The notes: a model not told the origin generated them from the sequence alone. Shown: positions 44,795-55,335, counted from the first letter of the stretch. The stretch is 63,758 bases of DNA from Bacilli bacterium (GCA_035377365.1 DAOSSK010000001.1:5599-69356); one strand, 5' to 3'. Numbers and translations: made by a program.

Positions 44795-46774
44795 CTATTC
44801 TAATTCTGCTTTAATCTCAAAAATAATATCTCTTAATACCATTGCTTGTTCAAAGTCAAGATCTTTCGCAGCTTGTCTCATTTTATCTTCTAAAGACTTA
44901 ATAACTTTTCTTCTTTCAACTGTACTTAAATTAGCTAATTTATTTAAATCATAAGTTTTTAAATCTTCTTGTAATTCTCTTGTAATTACAAACTCATCTT
45001 GAATATCTTTATAGATAGTTTGAGGAATAATATTATGTTCCTGATTATATCTATCTTGGATATCTCTTCTTCTATATGTTTCATTAATAGCATTTTCCAT
45101 TGATCTAGTTATATTATCTGCATATAAAATAACCATACCATTTACATTTCTTGCAGCTCTACCAATCGTTTGAATTAGCGATGTTTCACTTCTTAAGAAT
45201 CCTTCTTTATCCGCATCTAAAATAGCAATTAAAGATACTTCAGGTATATCTAAACCTTCTCTTAAAAGGTTAATGCCTACTAGGCAATCATAGACACCTA
45301 ATCTTAATTTTCTTATTATTTCTAGTCTTTCTAAAGCTTTAATTTCTGAGTGTAAATAAGCAACTTTAATATCTAACTCTTTTAAGTAATTAGTTAAGTC
45401 TTCTGCCATTTTAATTGTAAGAGTTAAGACTAAAGTTCTTTCTTTTTGTTTGATTCTATTTTTAATTTCTTTAATTAAATCTTCAATTTGACCTTCACTT
45501 GGCTTTACAACAACAATTGGATCTAAAAGTCCAGTTGGTCTAATAATTTGTTCGACAATATCTCCGCTTCTTTCTTTCTCATATTCAGCTGGAGTTGCAC
45601 TTACATAAATAACTTGATCTAACTTTTGGTTAAACTCATCAAATGTAAGTGGTCTATTATCTAAAGCCGATGGTAATCTAAACCCATTCTCTACAAGACT
45701 TAACTTCCTTGATCTATCGCCATTATACATTGCTCTAACTTGAGGAATAGTTACATGAGATTCATCTACTATTAAAAGAAAGTCTTTCTTAAAGAAGTCG
45801 ACTAAAGTATAAGGAGTTTCTCCTTTTTCTCTTAAACTTAAATGACGAGAATAGTTTTCAATTCCCGAACAAGAACCAATTTCTTCTAGCATCTCTAAAT
45901 CATATTTAGTTCTTTGTTCGATTCTTTGCGCTTCTAAGAGTTTTCCTTGTTTTTGAAAATTAGCTATTTGTTCCTCTAATTCTAACTTTATTCTTCTAAT
46001 ACCTTCCTCTTTTTTTGATGAACTTGTAGAAAAGAGTGTCGCAGGAAAAATATTAATAACTTTTGTTTCTTTAATTTTATTTCCTGTTAAACTATCTAAA
46101 ATTAAAATCCTTTCAATTTCGTCATCAAAATATTCTATTCTAACTGCTTCGTCCTTTTCATGAGGAGGAATAATATCAATTGATTCTCCTCTTACTCTAA
46201 ATGTCCCTCTTTTAAACTCATAATCATTTCTTAAGTATTCCATCTTAACTAGCTTGTTCATTAAATCTGAACGAGAATAGATATCTTTTTGCCTTAAAGT
46301 AAGCATATTTTCTAAATAGTCTTCTGGATTACCAATACCATAAATACAAGAAACAGATGCAACTACAATTACATCGTCTTCTGTTAATAATGAACTAACA
46401 GCTGAGTGACGCATTTGGTCGATATCATCATTAATTGATGAATCCTTTTCAATATATAAATCTTTAGCTGCTACATAAGCTTCTGGTTGATAGTAATCAT
46501 AATAAGAAATAAAGTATTCAACTCTATTTTCGGGAAAGAATGTTTTAAGCTCACTATATAACTGTCCTGCTAATGTTTTGTTATGAGCTAAAACTAAAGT
46601 TTTCTTACCAATATTTCTAATTACATTAGCTACCGTATAAGTTTTACCAGTACCTGTGGCTCCTAAAAGAGTTTGTTCTTTCATCCCGGCTTTTAAGTTA
46701 TTAGTTAATTCTTTAATTGCCTTAATTTGATCTCCTTTAGGTTCATAATTACTTTTCAAAATAAACTTAGCCAT
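44795..46774 (-). CDS. uvrB: Excinuclease ABC subunit B
   Basis: 659 aa with [12 protein letters not shown], a beta-hairpin region and a C-terminal UVR domain (…[12 protein letters not shown]…). Confidence 0.97.
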   Translation of the reverse strand: MAKFILKSNYEPKGDQIKAIKELTNNLKAGMKEQTLLGATGTGKTYTVANVIRNIGKKTLVLAHNKTLAGQLYSELKTFFPENRVEYFISYYDYYQPEAYVAAKDLYIEKDSSINDDIDQMRHSAVSSLLTEDDVIVVASVSCIYGIGNPEDYLENMLTLRQKDIYSRSDLMNKLVKMEYLRNDYEFKRGTFRVRGESIDIIPPHEKDEAVRIEYFDDEIERILILDSLTGNKIKETKVINIFPATLFSTSSSKKEEGIRRIKLELEEQIANFQKQGKLLEAQRIEQRTKYDLEMLEEIGSCSGIENYSRHLSLREKGETPYTLVDFFKKDFLLIVDESHVTIPQVRAMYNGDRSRKLSLVENGFRLPSALDNRPLTFDEFNQKLDQVIYVSATPAEYEKERSGDIVEQIIRPTGLLDPIVVVKPSEGQIEDLIKEIKNRIKQKERTLVLTLTIKMAEDLTNYLKELDIKVAYLHSEIKALERLEIIRKLRLGVYDCLVGINLLREGLDIPEVSLIAILDADKEGFLRSETSLIQTIGRAARNVNGMVILYADNITRSMENAINETYRRRDIQDRYNQEHNIIPQTIYKDIQDEFVITRELQEDLKTYDLNKLANLSTVERRKVIKSLEDKMRQAAKDLDFEQAMVLRDIIFEIKAELE

Positions 46775-47550
46775 TATTTCACCTCTAATATAGGTAATGC
46801 TTGATGTTGTCTTGCAATATAGATATCTCCTTTAAAATCTAAAGGTTTAATTATATCTCTTTCAATTTCATCATCACTATTACATTCTTCAGAAACATGA
46901 GCTAAAACAATTATTTTAGTCCTTTCTGTAAGAAATTGTTTAAGTAAATAATGTGTAGCTGTATTGCTCATATGCCCTTGAGCACTTAAAATTCTATCAA
47001 TTAACATTTGGTGACGATCACTATTGATTAAGGTATCAATATCATGATTTGCTTCTATTATTAAAGCATCTGTTGCTTCTAATAATGAAGTATATTTTTC
47101 AGGAAAAATACCTGTATCAGTTGCAATCATTAACGTCTTTTCTTCGTGAATGAAATAATAACCAAAACAAGGAAAATCATGTACTAGTTGTAAAGAAACA
47201 ACAGAAAAGTCTAAAATATTATATAAAGCATCTGCCTCAATTACTTTAATATTTCCTAAAGAATTATAGTATTTATATTTATGATCTAAATATTTATGAG
47301 TATCGTAACTTGCATAAACTGTTGCTTTAGTTTGCTTTAAAAATTGCGTTAAACCATAAATATGATCAATATGGCTATGTGTTAAAAAAATAGCATCAAC
47401 TTCACTTAAGTCAATCCCTAGTTTTTCTGCTCTTGTTTTAGCATTACTATAGGCGATTCCAACATCAACTAAAATCTTATGATTTTTTGTTTCAATATAA
47501 ATGCAGTTTCCTTTTGATCCACTAGCTAGTACTACAAACTTCATCTTCAT
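46774..47550 (-). CDS. MBL-fold metallo-hydrolase (YycJ-like)
   Basis: 258 aa starting [16 protein letters not shown], with the LTHSHIDH metal motif. Its stop overlaps the uvrB start (TAATG). Confidence 0.75.
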   Translation of the reverse strand: MKMKFVVLASGSKGNCIYIETKNHKILVDVGIAYSNAKTRAEKLGIDLSEVDAIFLTHSHIDHIYGLTQFLKQTKATVYASYDTHKYLDHKYKYYNSLGNIKVIEADALYNILDFSVVSLQLVHDFPCFGYYFIHEEKTLMIATDTGIFPEKYTSLLEATDALIIEANHDIDTLINSDRHQMLIDRILSAQGHMSNTATHYLLKQFLTERTKIIVLAHVSEECNSDDEIERDIIKPLDFKGDIYIARQHQALPILEVK

Positions 47551-47594
47551 TTTCTCCTTATTTTAATTATATAATGTTTACCGTGTTTTTTCAA

Positions 47595-47624
47595 GAAAAA
47601 AGGCATTAGATATCTAATGCCTTT
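47595..47624 (-). terminator. Intrinsic terminator after the large foldase-like gene
   Basis: Perfect palindrome AAGGCATTAGAT/ATCTAATGCCTT followed by a U-run on the minus strand. Confidence 0.75.
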
Positions 47625-47634
47625 TCTGTATTTA

Positions 47635-50340
47635 TTAATCAGCAAGATGTGCTTTATAAATTAAAGCTTCTTGTCCTTCTTTTAATACTATTCCTAAGAA
47701 TTTTTGATAATCTGCGTTTGTGAAGTCTGCTTCTTTAAAATCAAATGTTAATCCTTTTTGTTTTGAAGTTAGAATATGTTGATTATTTTTAACTGCATCT
47801 TCTTTAATACCTTTTACCCAGAATTCAACAATCTTTTTCTTTGCGGCAGCTTTAGTTGTATCTGTATCTAATGCTTCACCCGCTAAATATTTTTTAACCA
47901 TGTCGAATGTAGGTAAGATATGTTCAACATCTCCTTCAGTATAAGTTTCAAGTGGTGTAGTTTTTGAATTTACATATACGTGATATCCAAATTCTGTAAT
48001 TAAATGTTCACCAACAACTGTATTTACACCAAAAATCTTATCTTCAGCACTATCATCATCTTCATCCCAAATTTTCTTAATGCCTTCGTTGAATGCTTCA
48101 ACCATTCCACCAGATTGTCCTGGAAGTTTGAACTCAAATGAACCTAAACTTTCATATTTAACTTTTAAGCCTGCAGTCTTGAATTTAGAAATATCAATCA
48201 TATCATCTAAATCGTATTCTAATTCATTAATTGTAAATTCAGGCTGAGAAGCTGCATCTTGAGGTAAGTGTGCTTGGAATAATGGTGCTTCATTAAACGC
48301 AGTTACAATCTTATCAAATTGAGCTTTGTAATCGCCTTTAGCAACTAAGTAAGCTTGTACTTGAGCATATAATTCTTCCGCAAGCTCAACTTGTTTTGGA
48401 GTCCAAAATTTTGGATCTAATAATACTTGGCTAGAACTTGTTGATTTTTCTTCATCAACAAAATGGATTAATAAATGATAACCTTCAACTTTATAATATT
48501 TACTCTTAACATTTTCCATATTTTCTGAATAGTATTTAGTCCAAATTGGATCAGTCTCGCTAATTAAAGAGAAATCTGTATAAGGCTTACTAGCTTCAGC
48601 TGATAATTGCTCATATAATAATCTAACTTTTACTTCTTGTTCATTGTTTGCTTGGAATCTATATTTCATATAATCTGTCCAAGTCATATACATTGAATAA
48701 TTAGCATATTGAGCTTTTTCATCAGTAAATTTAGTTTCAATTTTTGCCCATGCTTCTTTATCTAATACTTTTTCTTTTTCTACATCATAAATCTTATTAA
48801 TGTCAGGATTGTTAAGTATTCTCTTAAAATTGATTTCATTAATTGCAATATTCATTCCATAATCTTGATTTAATTTATGATAGAAATCTTCTACTGTATA
48901 TTCAATATCCCCAAGTTTCGCAATTAAATCTTTACTTCTTGCTTTGCTTGTTTCAAATTCAATTTTATAAGTATCGGCTTGTGATTTGTAATAAGTTTCA
49001 ATTTCTTTATCATAAAGAACTAAGTCTGCAGTAGCGCGTAATCCATACATTGCTTTTGTTACATAAGCAGCAGTAAGTGTTTCTTCTTTTAATGCTTCGA
49101 TAACTTTATCTTGTACATCTTCTAAAGCTGGTTTTTCAATAGTTTTAATTTTTAGAATAGTTGCAAATTTCTTACCACCATCTAAAGACATAAAATAGTT
49201 TTTAAACCATCTTTGATCTTTATTAACAACTGATGTTTCTGGATCATAAGCTTTGAAATTCATAACATCTGATAATACTGCAGCACCAATTGCCTTTAAT
49301 TCTTCATCAGTATATAGTAAAGCATTCTTTGGATTATCACTTACATTTCCATCTTCATCTTTAATAACTTCTTGATGGAAAACATAATGACCATCTTCAT
49401 TAATTGTGTATTGTACACCTTCTTTTAATGTAAGAGTTTCATCTGGATAACCTTCTACTTTATAACTATGTAAAGTATTATATAAATCAATAAAAGCTTT
49501 AATTGTTTCTTCTCTAGTTAATTCCTCTTCAGCTTGTTCTTCATTTGGAATCTTCATCCATTTATTATAAGAATCAGGAATTAAAGCTCCACTTGCATCT
49601 TTTTCTTGATCTTTAATTTTATATCCTAGCTGTTCTAAGGCACCATATGCATCTTTACGAGTAGCATATTCTAAAACAATTACAAAATATTGTTCTTTAT
49701 ATAATGCATTATATTTAGTATCAATCTTTGATTTAGGAAAATATTTTTCTGTATCGTCTTCTGCTTCTGCATCTTTCTTAGCAATTTCATCTTCTAAGTA
49801 TTTAGCTGCATAAGCTTTCTTGGCAAGTTCTAAGCGATAGTAATCTTTAATTTCCGCTTCAGTTTTTAAGCCTTGAACATATCTTTCGTTATAATATTTT
49901 TCTTCTGCTTCTGCTTTTTCTTCTGGTGTTGCTTTATCTAAGTCTAATCCTTTATACATTTCTTTTTCAAGTTCTTCTTGAACTGCTTCATCTGTAACTT
50001 CTGCTAGATAATTCTTTTCACCATTTTCTAATAATTCACGATCTAACATTTCGAATAAAGTATTTATTCCATATTGATCTTTTAATAATGAATACATTTC
50101 TCCTTTTGTTAGAGAATATTCATTATCTCCTTCACCTACTAATACGTATTGACCATCTGGATCTGCAATCATTGGTCCTTTACGATTATTTTTAGCAACT
50201 GTTGAAGCAACTGCGATAACAACAATTACCAAAACAACTAATAAAACAGGCAAAGTACTTAATAATATAGTTTTAGGACTTAACTTTGGTGCGTCCTTTT
50301 GCTTATTTGCCTTGCTTTTTACTCTTCTTCTTCTTTTCAT
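47635..50340 (-). CDS. Large membrane-anchored PpiD/PrsA-like protein with a divergent parvulin PPIase domain
   Basis: 901 aa with a basic N-terminus plus one TM helix and a SurA_N-like region. The parvulin-like blocks VEGYHLLI, GGMVEAFNEG and TEFGYHVYV are separated by a long insertion. Confidence 0.55.
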   Translation of the reverse strand: MKRRRRVKSKANKQKDAPKLSPKTILLSTLPVLLVVLVIVVIAVASTVAKNNRKGPMIADPDGQYVLVGEGDNEYSLTKGEMYSLLKDQYGINTLFEMLDRELLENGEKNYLAEVTDEAVQEELEKEMYKGLDLDKATPEEKAEAEEKYYNERYVQGLKTEAEIKDYYRLELAKKAYAAKYLEDEIAKKDAEAEDDTEKYFPKSKIDTKYNALYKEQYFVIVLEYATRKDAYGALEQLGYKIKDQEKDASGALIPDSYNKWMKIPNEEQAEEELTREETIKAFIDLYNTLHSYKVEGYPDETLTLKEGVQYTINEDGHYVFHQEVIKDEDGNVSDNPKNALLYTDEELKAIGAAVLSDVMNFKAYDPETSVVNKDQRWFKNYFMSLDGGKKFATILKIKTIEKPALEDVQDKVIEALKEETLTAAYVTKAMYGLRATADLVLYDKEIETYYKSQADTYKIEFETSKARSKDLIAKLGDIEYTVEDFYHKLNQDYGMNIAINEINFKRILNNPDINKIYDVEKEKVLDKEAWAKIETKFTDEKAQYANYSMYMTWTDYMKYRFQANNEQEVKVRLLYEQLSAEASKPYTDFSLISETDPIWTKYYSENMENVKSKYYKVEGYHLLIHFVDEEKSTSSSQVLLDPKFWTPKQVELAEELYAQVQAYLVAKGDYKAQFDKIVTAFNEAPLFQAHLPQDAASQPEFTINELEYDLDDMIDISKFKTAGLKVKYESLGSFEFKLPGQSGGMVEAFNEGIKKIWDEDDDSAEDKIFGVNTVVGEHLITEFGYHVYVNSKTTPLETYTEGDVEHILPTFDMVKKYLAGEALDTDTTKAAAKKKIVEFWVKGIKEDAVKNNQHILTSKQKGLTFDFKEADFTNADYQKFLGIVLKEGQEALIYKAHLAD

Positions 50341-50416
50341 ATTAAAAACACCTCTTTGTATTTCACAATATTAATATTTTATCACAATTTTACTTTAATT
50401 TCAAGCATTATATTAC

Positions 50417-51358
50417 TTAATCTAAATCTGGCAAATAAAATATTCTCTTATTAAAAGCAAAAACTGGTTGACTGTATTCGCCTTTAACTCCATCTTTTAA
50501 CTCTTTTTCTAAAGCACCCATTCTTGAGTCAGCATAGTCACATAAAAACACAACATATGCTTCCGGTATCGTTGGTTCTTTTGGTGAACCAAATTCTAAG
50601 AAACCATGATGAGCAATAATAATATGAGCTAGCATCAAATATTCTTCTGATTCCTCTAAACTTAACTCTTTTGCTTTTTCATATAATATATTAGAAGCAA
50701 TAATAATATGTCCTAATAAATTGCCTTGTTTCGTATATTCTCCTGTAGTTTTTTCCATTTCGGTAATCTTACCAAAATCGTGTAATAAAATCCCGCCATA
50801 AATTAAGTCTTTATTTAGAAACGGATATAACTCAATATATGTATCAGCTAACTTAAGCATTGAATAAACATGATAAGCTAGTCCAGAAATATAATTATGA
50901 TGAACTGATTTAGCTGCTGGATGAACAAAGTATGCATCTAAATCTTCTTTTAAAACTGCCAATACTAACTTTTTAATATTAGCATTTTCAATTTTTAAAA
51001 CATAGTTCATAATCTTTTCTTTTAATTCTTCAACTGATAACTTGGCATATTCAAAAAACTCTTCTAATCTATATAAACTTGGATCAGCTTCAGCTAATTC
51101 TTTTAAGTTAAATTGTAGTTTACCTTGATAATCTTTCATTTGACCAGAACAAGTATAGATTTTACCATTTTCTAAATTCTCTCTAATACTATCAGTTACA
51201 TTCCAAATTTTAACTTCTAAAATTTCTTCACCATCAAAGCCTAAAGCATTAACGTAGTCTGCTTGACTTGTAGTTTTGCGATATTGAACATTTACTAACC
51301 TTAAAATTAAATTATTAACTTCATCGCCTGCGCGATAATCTTTAACTTTCGTTCTCAT
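50417..51358 (-). CDS. yhaM: 3'-5' exoribonuclease YhaM (OB-fold + HD domain)
   Basis: 313 aa with an N-terminal OB-fold pattern and HD-domain motifs LLHDFGK and IIAHHG. Confidence 0.8.
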   Translation of the reverse strand: MRTKVKDYRAGDEVNNLILRLVNVQYRKTTSQADYVNALGFDGEEILEVKIWNVTDSIRENLENGKIYTCSGQMKDYQGKLQFNLKELAEADPSLYRLEEFFEYAKLSVEELKEKIMNYVLKIENANIKKLVLAVLKEDLDAYFVHPAAKSVHHNYISGLAYHVYSMLKLADTYIELYPFLNKDLIYGGILLHDFGKITEMEKTTGEYTKQGNLLGHIIIASNILYEKAKELSLEESEEYLMLAHIIIAHHGFLEFGSPKEPTIPEAYVVFLCDYADSRMGALEKELKDGVKGEYSQPVFAFNKRIFYLPDLD

Positions 51359-51369
51359 GTTTTACTCCT

Positions 51370-52590
51370 TTATTCTTTATAAATGCTTTTAAAAACATTA
51401 TATTCTTTTTTATGACCAAGAATTTCATTTAGTCTAGCAATTGCATAAGTCTTTAATTCTTCACGGTCATTATCTAATTCTTTATTTATAACTTTATGTG
51501 CCATTTCTTCTACAATCATTGGTAAAAAGCTACCCGAAACATTGTTTGTAAGAACTAAGATATCTTCACCCTTAAAAGCTAAATCACAAGTTCCTTTGAT
51601 AGGCAACTTATCATATTTTGCTTTTAATTTTCTTGGTCTCATATATCTTTTTGATAGCAATAAATTAGCATTGTTTACTTTCAAACAAGCATCTAAACCA
51701 TAAGTATATAAAACTAAATCAGGAAATTCAGCTTTCTTTGTAGCTACAACTAAATTAGTTAATTGTTCAACTTCTTTGATATTATCAAAAAAGTTTTCAA
51801 AAACTTTAGGCATTTGCTTATTAGCTACAAAACTAGCTATAGCTAATGTTTCAAAATCAATATCGATATACCTATTAATTAATCGCTTAATTGGTTTTTG
51901 AAAGAAAGGAATATATTTATAAATCTTTGCTTTTTCAATATGTTTAATTGCTAATTTAAGATGTTCCCCTTCAAAAATTTTCTTGATTTCTCTTAAAACC
52001 GAATAATTTAATTCTAAGTCTTTCAAATATTTGGCTCTTGAACTTAAAGCATTAGCTGTTTTAAAATCTGGTCTAAACCCTAATTCACTGATTAAACGAA
52101 TTGCTCTTAAAATTTTAATTGGATCTTCTTTAAATCTTTGTCTAGGATTACCAATTGCTCGTAAGACTTTACGATTTAAATCACGATATCCATTCAAAGC
52201 ATCAGTAAGCATACTGCCATTATTCATAGCTATAGCATTTATTGTGAAGTCTCTGGAAATTAAATCTTCTTGAAGACTTTCAGAATAGTGAATTCTCTTA
52301 ATCTTCTTTTTGTCTTTTTCTGAAGCTTTTCTAAAAGTACTAATGAAAAAGACTTCTGCTTTATAGAATAATGCTAATTTACTTTCATCAATTACTGTTG
52401 TTTCATGATTTTTCAAACACTTTTTAATTTGCTCTAAATTAGCACTAGTAATAATATCTATTTCTGAAAAAGGTATATCTAAAATAATTGAACGAACTAC
52501 CCCACCTACAAAATACGCTTGGTAACCATTCGTGTTTAAAACAGTTAGAATTTCTTTACCTTTATTAATGTATCCTAAATTGGTAGACAT
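51370..52590 (-). CDS. cca: CCA tRNA nucleotidyltransferase homologue (class II PolyA_pol family) with divergent active-site motifs
   Basis: 406 aa whose head domain YFVGGVVRSIILDIPFSEIDIITSA ... STFR ... EDLISRDFTINAIAM matches the family layout. However, it reads GGxVRS, ExD and SRD where GGxVRD, DxD and RRD are usual. Confidence 0.65.
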   Translation of the reverse strand: MSTNLGYINKGKEILTVLNTNGYQAYFVGGVVRSIILDIPFSEIDIITSANLEQIKKCLKNHETTVIDESKLALFYKAEVFFISTFRKASEKDKKKIKRIHYSESLQEDLISRDFTINAIAMNNGSMLTDALNGYRDLNRKVLRAIGNPRQRFKEDPIKILRAIRLISELGFRPDFKTANALSSRAKYLKDLELNYSVLREIKKIFEGEHLKLAIKHIEKAKIYKYIPFFQKPIKRLINRYIDIDFETLAIASFVANKQMPKVFENFFDNIKEVEQLTNLVVATKKAEFPDLVLYTYGLDACLKVNNANLLLSKRYMRPRKLKAKYDKLPIKGTCDLAFKGEDILVLTNNVSGSFLPMIVEEMAHKVINKELDNDREELKTYAIARLNEILGHKKEYNVFKSIYKE

Positions 52591-52709
52591 TCAGATCACC
52601 TTCTTCCCATTATGTATTATATCAAAAAATAATCATCTTTTCCATAGTAATTACTTATTTTAACTTGAGTTTTTTTCTCATAACCTATATAATTAAATTA
52701 GGTGATAAA

Positions 52710-53300
52710 ATGAAAAGAATAACTGAAGCAATTTCTAATCAAATCATAATTAAAAAAAGCGAATTTATCTGTACATTAATTCCCGTAAACAATGTAAGTG
52801 AAGCCCAAGAGCAATTAGCTGCTTTACGAAAAAAATATTATGACGCAACTCATAACTGCTATGCTTATATTGTGGAAGATGGGATTAAATATTCTGATGA
52901 TGGAGAACCAAGTCAAACAGCAGGATTACCTATCTATAATGTTTTAGAAAAAAATGAACTTACAAATATCTTAGCTGTAGTTACAAGATATTTTGGAGGG
53001 ATCATGCTTGGTGCAGGGGGATTAGTTAGAGCCTATACTAAATCTACAACCGAAGCCTTAGCTGTTGCTAATATTGTTGAGATAAATACTTATCAAAAAA
53101 TTCTAATTACAATTGATTATTCAAAAGTAGATATCTTAATTAATAAATTAAATGATGAAACTATTGAGAGGGAATTTGGAAAAGATGTAAAAATGACTTA
53201 TCTTATTTTAGAAAATCAAGTTGAACCTTTTATAAATCAAGTTAGAGAACTAACAAATGGTGATCTAACTATAGAATTATTAGAAAAAAGCACATTTTAA
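52710..53300 (+). CDS. yigZ: YigZ/IMPACT family protein
   Basis: Contains KKSEFICTL, HNCYAY and DDGEPSQTAGLP, plus a C-terminal DUF1949-like region. The ATG at 52710 has an AGGTGA SD; the ORF-track start at 52665 is TTG in the promoter region. Confidence 0.8.
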   Translation: MKRITEAISNQIIIKKSEFICTLIPVNNVSEAQEQLAALRKKYYDATHNCYAYIVEDGIKYSDDGEPSQTAGLPIYNVLEKNELTNILAVVTRYFGGIMLGAGGLVRAYTKSTTEALAVANIVEINTYQKILITIDYSKVDILINKLNDETIEREFGKDVKMTYLILENQVEPFINQVRELTNGDLTIELLEKSTF

Positions 53301-53312
53301 AATGTGCTTTTT
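53284..53312. terminator. Bidirectional intrinsic terminator between yigZ (+) and the DUF1146-like gene (-)
   Basis: Perfect palindrome AAAGCACATTTT/AAAATGTGCTTT flanked by A- and T-runs. It contains the yigZ stop. Confidence 0.8.
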
Positions 53313-53326
53313 GTTTATAATTAATT

Positions 53327-53569
53327 TTACTTAAAAACATTTTGCAGTAAGCCTATAAACTCTAAAAAGATAAAAGCTACTAAACCACCTACAATAATTG
53401 AAACTAGTAAAACTAAAGTTCTAATTTGCCAAGTAGAGCGTGCTTTAAATATTTTCGAATAATCAACAGCCCCTAAAGCTCGGTAAGTAACTAGCGCCAC
53501 AACAACTAAAATTACGATAAACCAAACTAACTTAACAATTGCAAATGTTACCTCATCCATTGTTTTCAC
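53327..53569 (-). CDS. Small two-TM membrane protein (DUF1146/YwzB-like)
   Basis: 80 aa with two hydrophobic helices separated by a basic loop (YSKIFKARSTWQIR). Its start overlaps the 3' end of the adenosyltransferase gene. Confidence 0.5.
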   Translation of the reverse strand: MKTMDEVTFAIVKLVWFIVILVVVALVTYRALGAVDYSKIFKARSTWQIRTLVLLVSIIVGGLVAFIFLEFIGLLQNVFK

Positions 53570-54071
53570 CTAAATCTACATATCTACCCAAAACAAAGAA
53601 ATAGTCTGATAAACGATTTAAATATTGTAAGATCTTTGGATCAACTTTATGCTCCAAAGCATACTTAACAACTAATCTTTCTGTTTTTCTTGTAGTTGTA
53701 CGTGCATTATGAACTAAAGCGGCGGCTTTAGAAAACCCTGGTAAAATAAAATCATTTAATGGAGGTAGTTTGCTATCTAGTAAATCTATCTCTTTTTCTA
53801 AATCTAAGATATCTTCTTTTTCAATTAAGTCTTTTTCGCTTACAATCGAATAACTAAGAGTAAATAAAAGCCTAGTAATCTTTTCTAAATAATCGCGATA
53901 TTTTGCTTCATTTAAAAATGAACGAGCAAGCATAATTGATGTTTGTAATTCATCAACTGCCCCCTCTACAAAAATAACTAAATCACTTTTTAGAACTTTA
54001 CCAGCTACTGTTCTAGTCTCCTTGTTATCCCCTTGTTTAGTATAAATTTTTGCTTTTTTATTTTGTTCCAT
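53553..54071 (-). CDS. ATP:cob(I)alamin adenosyltransferase, PduO/MMAB type
   Basis: The N-terminus [13 protein letters not shown] is the family hallmark (IYTKxGDxGxT), followed by a helical bundle ...[12 protein letters not shown].... The preferred start is ATG 54071, overlapping the upp 3' end by 14 nt. Confidence 0.8.
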   Translation of the reverse strand: MEQNKKAKIYTKQGDNKETRTVAGKVLKSDLVIFVEGAVDELQTSIMLARSFLNEAKYRDYLEKITRLLFTLSYSIVSEKDLIEKEDILDLEKEIDLLDSKLPPLNDFILPGFSKAAALVHNARTTTRKTERLVVKYALEHKVDPKILQYLNRLSDYFFVLGRYVDLGENNG

Positions 54072-54687
54072 AAAGACGATCCCCACAATCTCCTAGCCCT
54101 GGAACGATATATCCATTATCATTCAACTTTTCATCTAAAGCTGCTAAGAAAATATTTACATCTGGGTGATTATCTTGTAAAACTTTGATCCCTTCTGGTG
54201 CGCCTACGATACCTACAAAACTAATATCTTTTGCGTTTCTTTTCTTTAGTAAATTAATAGTATGATTTGCACTTCCTCCAGTTGCTAGCATTGGGTCTAC
54301 AACTAAAATTGTAGCTTGATCTAACTTTTCTGGTAATTTTACGTAGTACTCATGAGGTAATAAAGTTTTATCATCTCGATATACACCTACATATCCTACT
54401 TTTGCAGTTGGAACTAATCTTAAAATTCCATCAACCATTCCGATACCTGCACGAATGATTGGTACAATTACAACGTCTTTAGCTAATACTTGACCTTTCA
54501 TAGTTGCAATTGGCGTTTTAATCTTTTTCTCTACTGTTGGTAAGTTTCTTGTAACCTCATATGCCATAAGCATAGCAATCTCTTCAACTGTTTCACGAAA
54601 ATCTTTTGTACATGTTTTTTCATCTCTAATCAATGTCAACTTATGATGCATAAGTGGATGATTAAAGATGACTACTTTTCCTTCCAT
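54058..54687 (-). CDS. upp: Uracil phosphoribosyltransferase
   Basis: Contains [13 protein letters not shown], the PRPP loop [11 protein letters not shown] and a C-terminal [16 protein letters not shown]. The preferred start is ATG 54687 (AGAGGTG SD); the ORF-track GTG at 54696 lies inside the SD. Confidence 0.95.
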   Translation of the reverse strand: MEGKVVIFNHPLMHHKLTLIRDEKTCTKDFRETVEEIAMLMAYEVTRNLPTVEKKIKTPIATMKGQVLAKDVVIVPIIRAGIGMVDGILRLVPTAKVGYVGVYRDDKTLLPHEYYVKLPEKLDQATILVVDPMLATGGSANHTINLLKKRNAKDISFVGIVGAPEGIKVLQDNHPDVNIFLAALDEKLNDNGYIVPGLGDCGDRLYGTK

Positions 54688-54741
54688 ATTTGGCACCTCT
54701 TTCTTTTATAAATTATAACACAAAACGATTCATTTTCAAAG

Positions 54742-54768
54742 AAAAAAAGAGCATTAAGCTCTTATTTT
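54742..54768 (-). terminator. Intrinsic terminator after tsaC
   Basis: AAGAGC-AUUAA-GCUCUU forms a 6-bp stem followed by a U-run on the minus strand. It overlaps the tsaC stop. Confidence 0.55.
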
Positions 54769-55335
54769 TATTTGTCCCTCACGAAGCACTTTTAGCTCCT
54801 CGCCAGTTGCATCAATCACTGTTGATGGCACTGAAGAAAATATTTCTTTATCGGTAATTATATAATCTATTTGTAAGCCAAAAGCCTCTTTAATACTGAC
54901 TAAATCATTAAGTTCTTTTGTACCATGAATATTAATTGATGTAGTTGCAAGTGGACCAAAATTCTTTAATATTTTTAAAGCAACTATAGATAATGGCATT
55001 CTAAATGACACAGTTTCTTTATTAAAAGGTAGTTCTAATTCAGGCTTTTTTGGGAAAATAACTGTTAAAGCTCCTGGCCAATCAACAGCTAAAATTTCTT
55101 TTACTGAATTAGGAATCTTCACTACATATTGCTTTACTTGTTCAATTGAAAAACACAAGTTAGCTAATGGTTGATTATAAGGTCTTTGTTTTAAATCAAA
55201 GATTTTTTTGATTCCATCATAGTCGTCAATCAAAGCCCCGATACCATAAATAGTGTCGGTTGGGAATACTACTACTTTGCCCTTTAAATCTTTTTTGCCT
55301 AAATTTAAAAATTCTTTTAAGCTTAACTCTTCCAT
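54754..55335 (-). CDS. tsaC: L-threonylcarbamoyladenylate synthase (TsaC/YwlC short form)
   Basis: 193 aa with the YrdC fold motifs VFPTDTIYGIGA, RPYNQPL and SFRMP. Confidence 0.8.
   Translation of the reverse strand: MEELSLKEFLNLGKKDLKGKVVVFPTDTIYGIGALIDDYDGIKKIFDLKQRPYNQPLANLCFSIEQVKQYVVKIPNSVKEILAVDWPGALTVIFPKKPELELPFNKETVSFRMPLSIVALKILKNFGPLATTSINIHGTKELNDLVSIKEAFGLQIDYIITDKEIFSSVPSTVIDATGEELKVLREGQIKIRA

Noticed and set aside
44795-46774. uvrB is not followed by uvrA.
   Set aside because: Gene order varies among lineages, and uvrA may lie elsewhere in the genome. The window alone cannot show absence.
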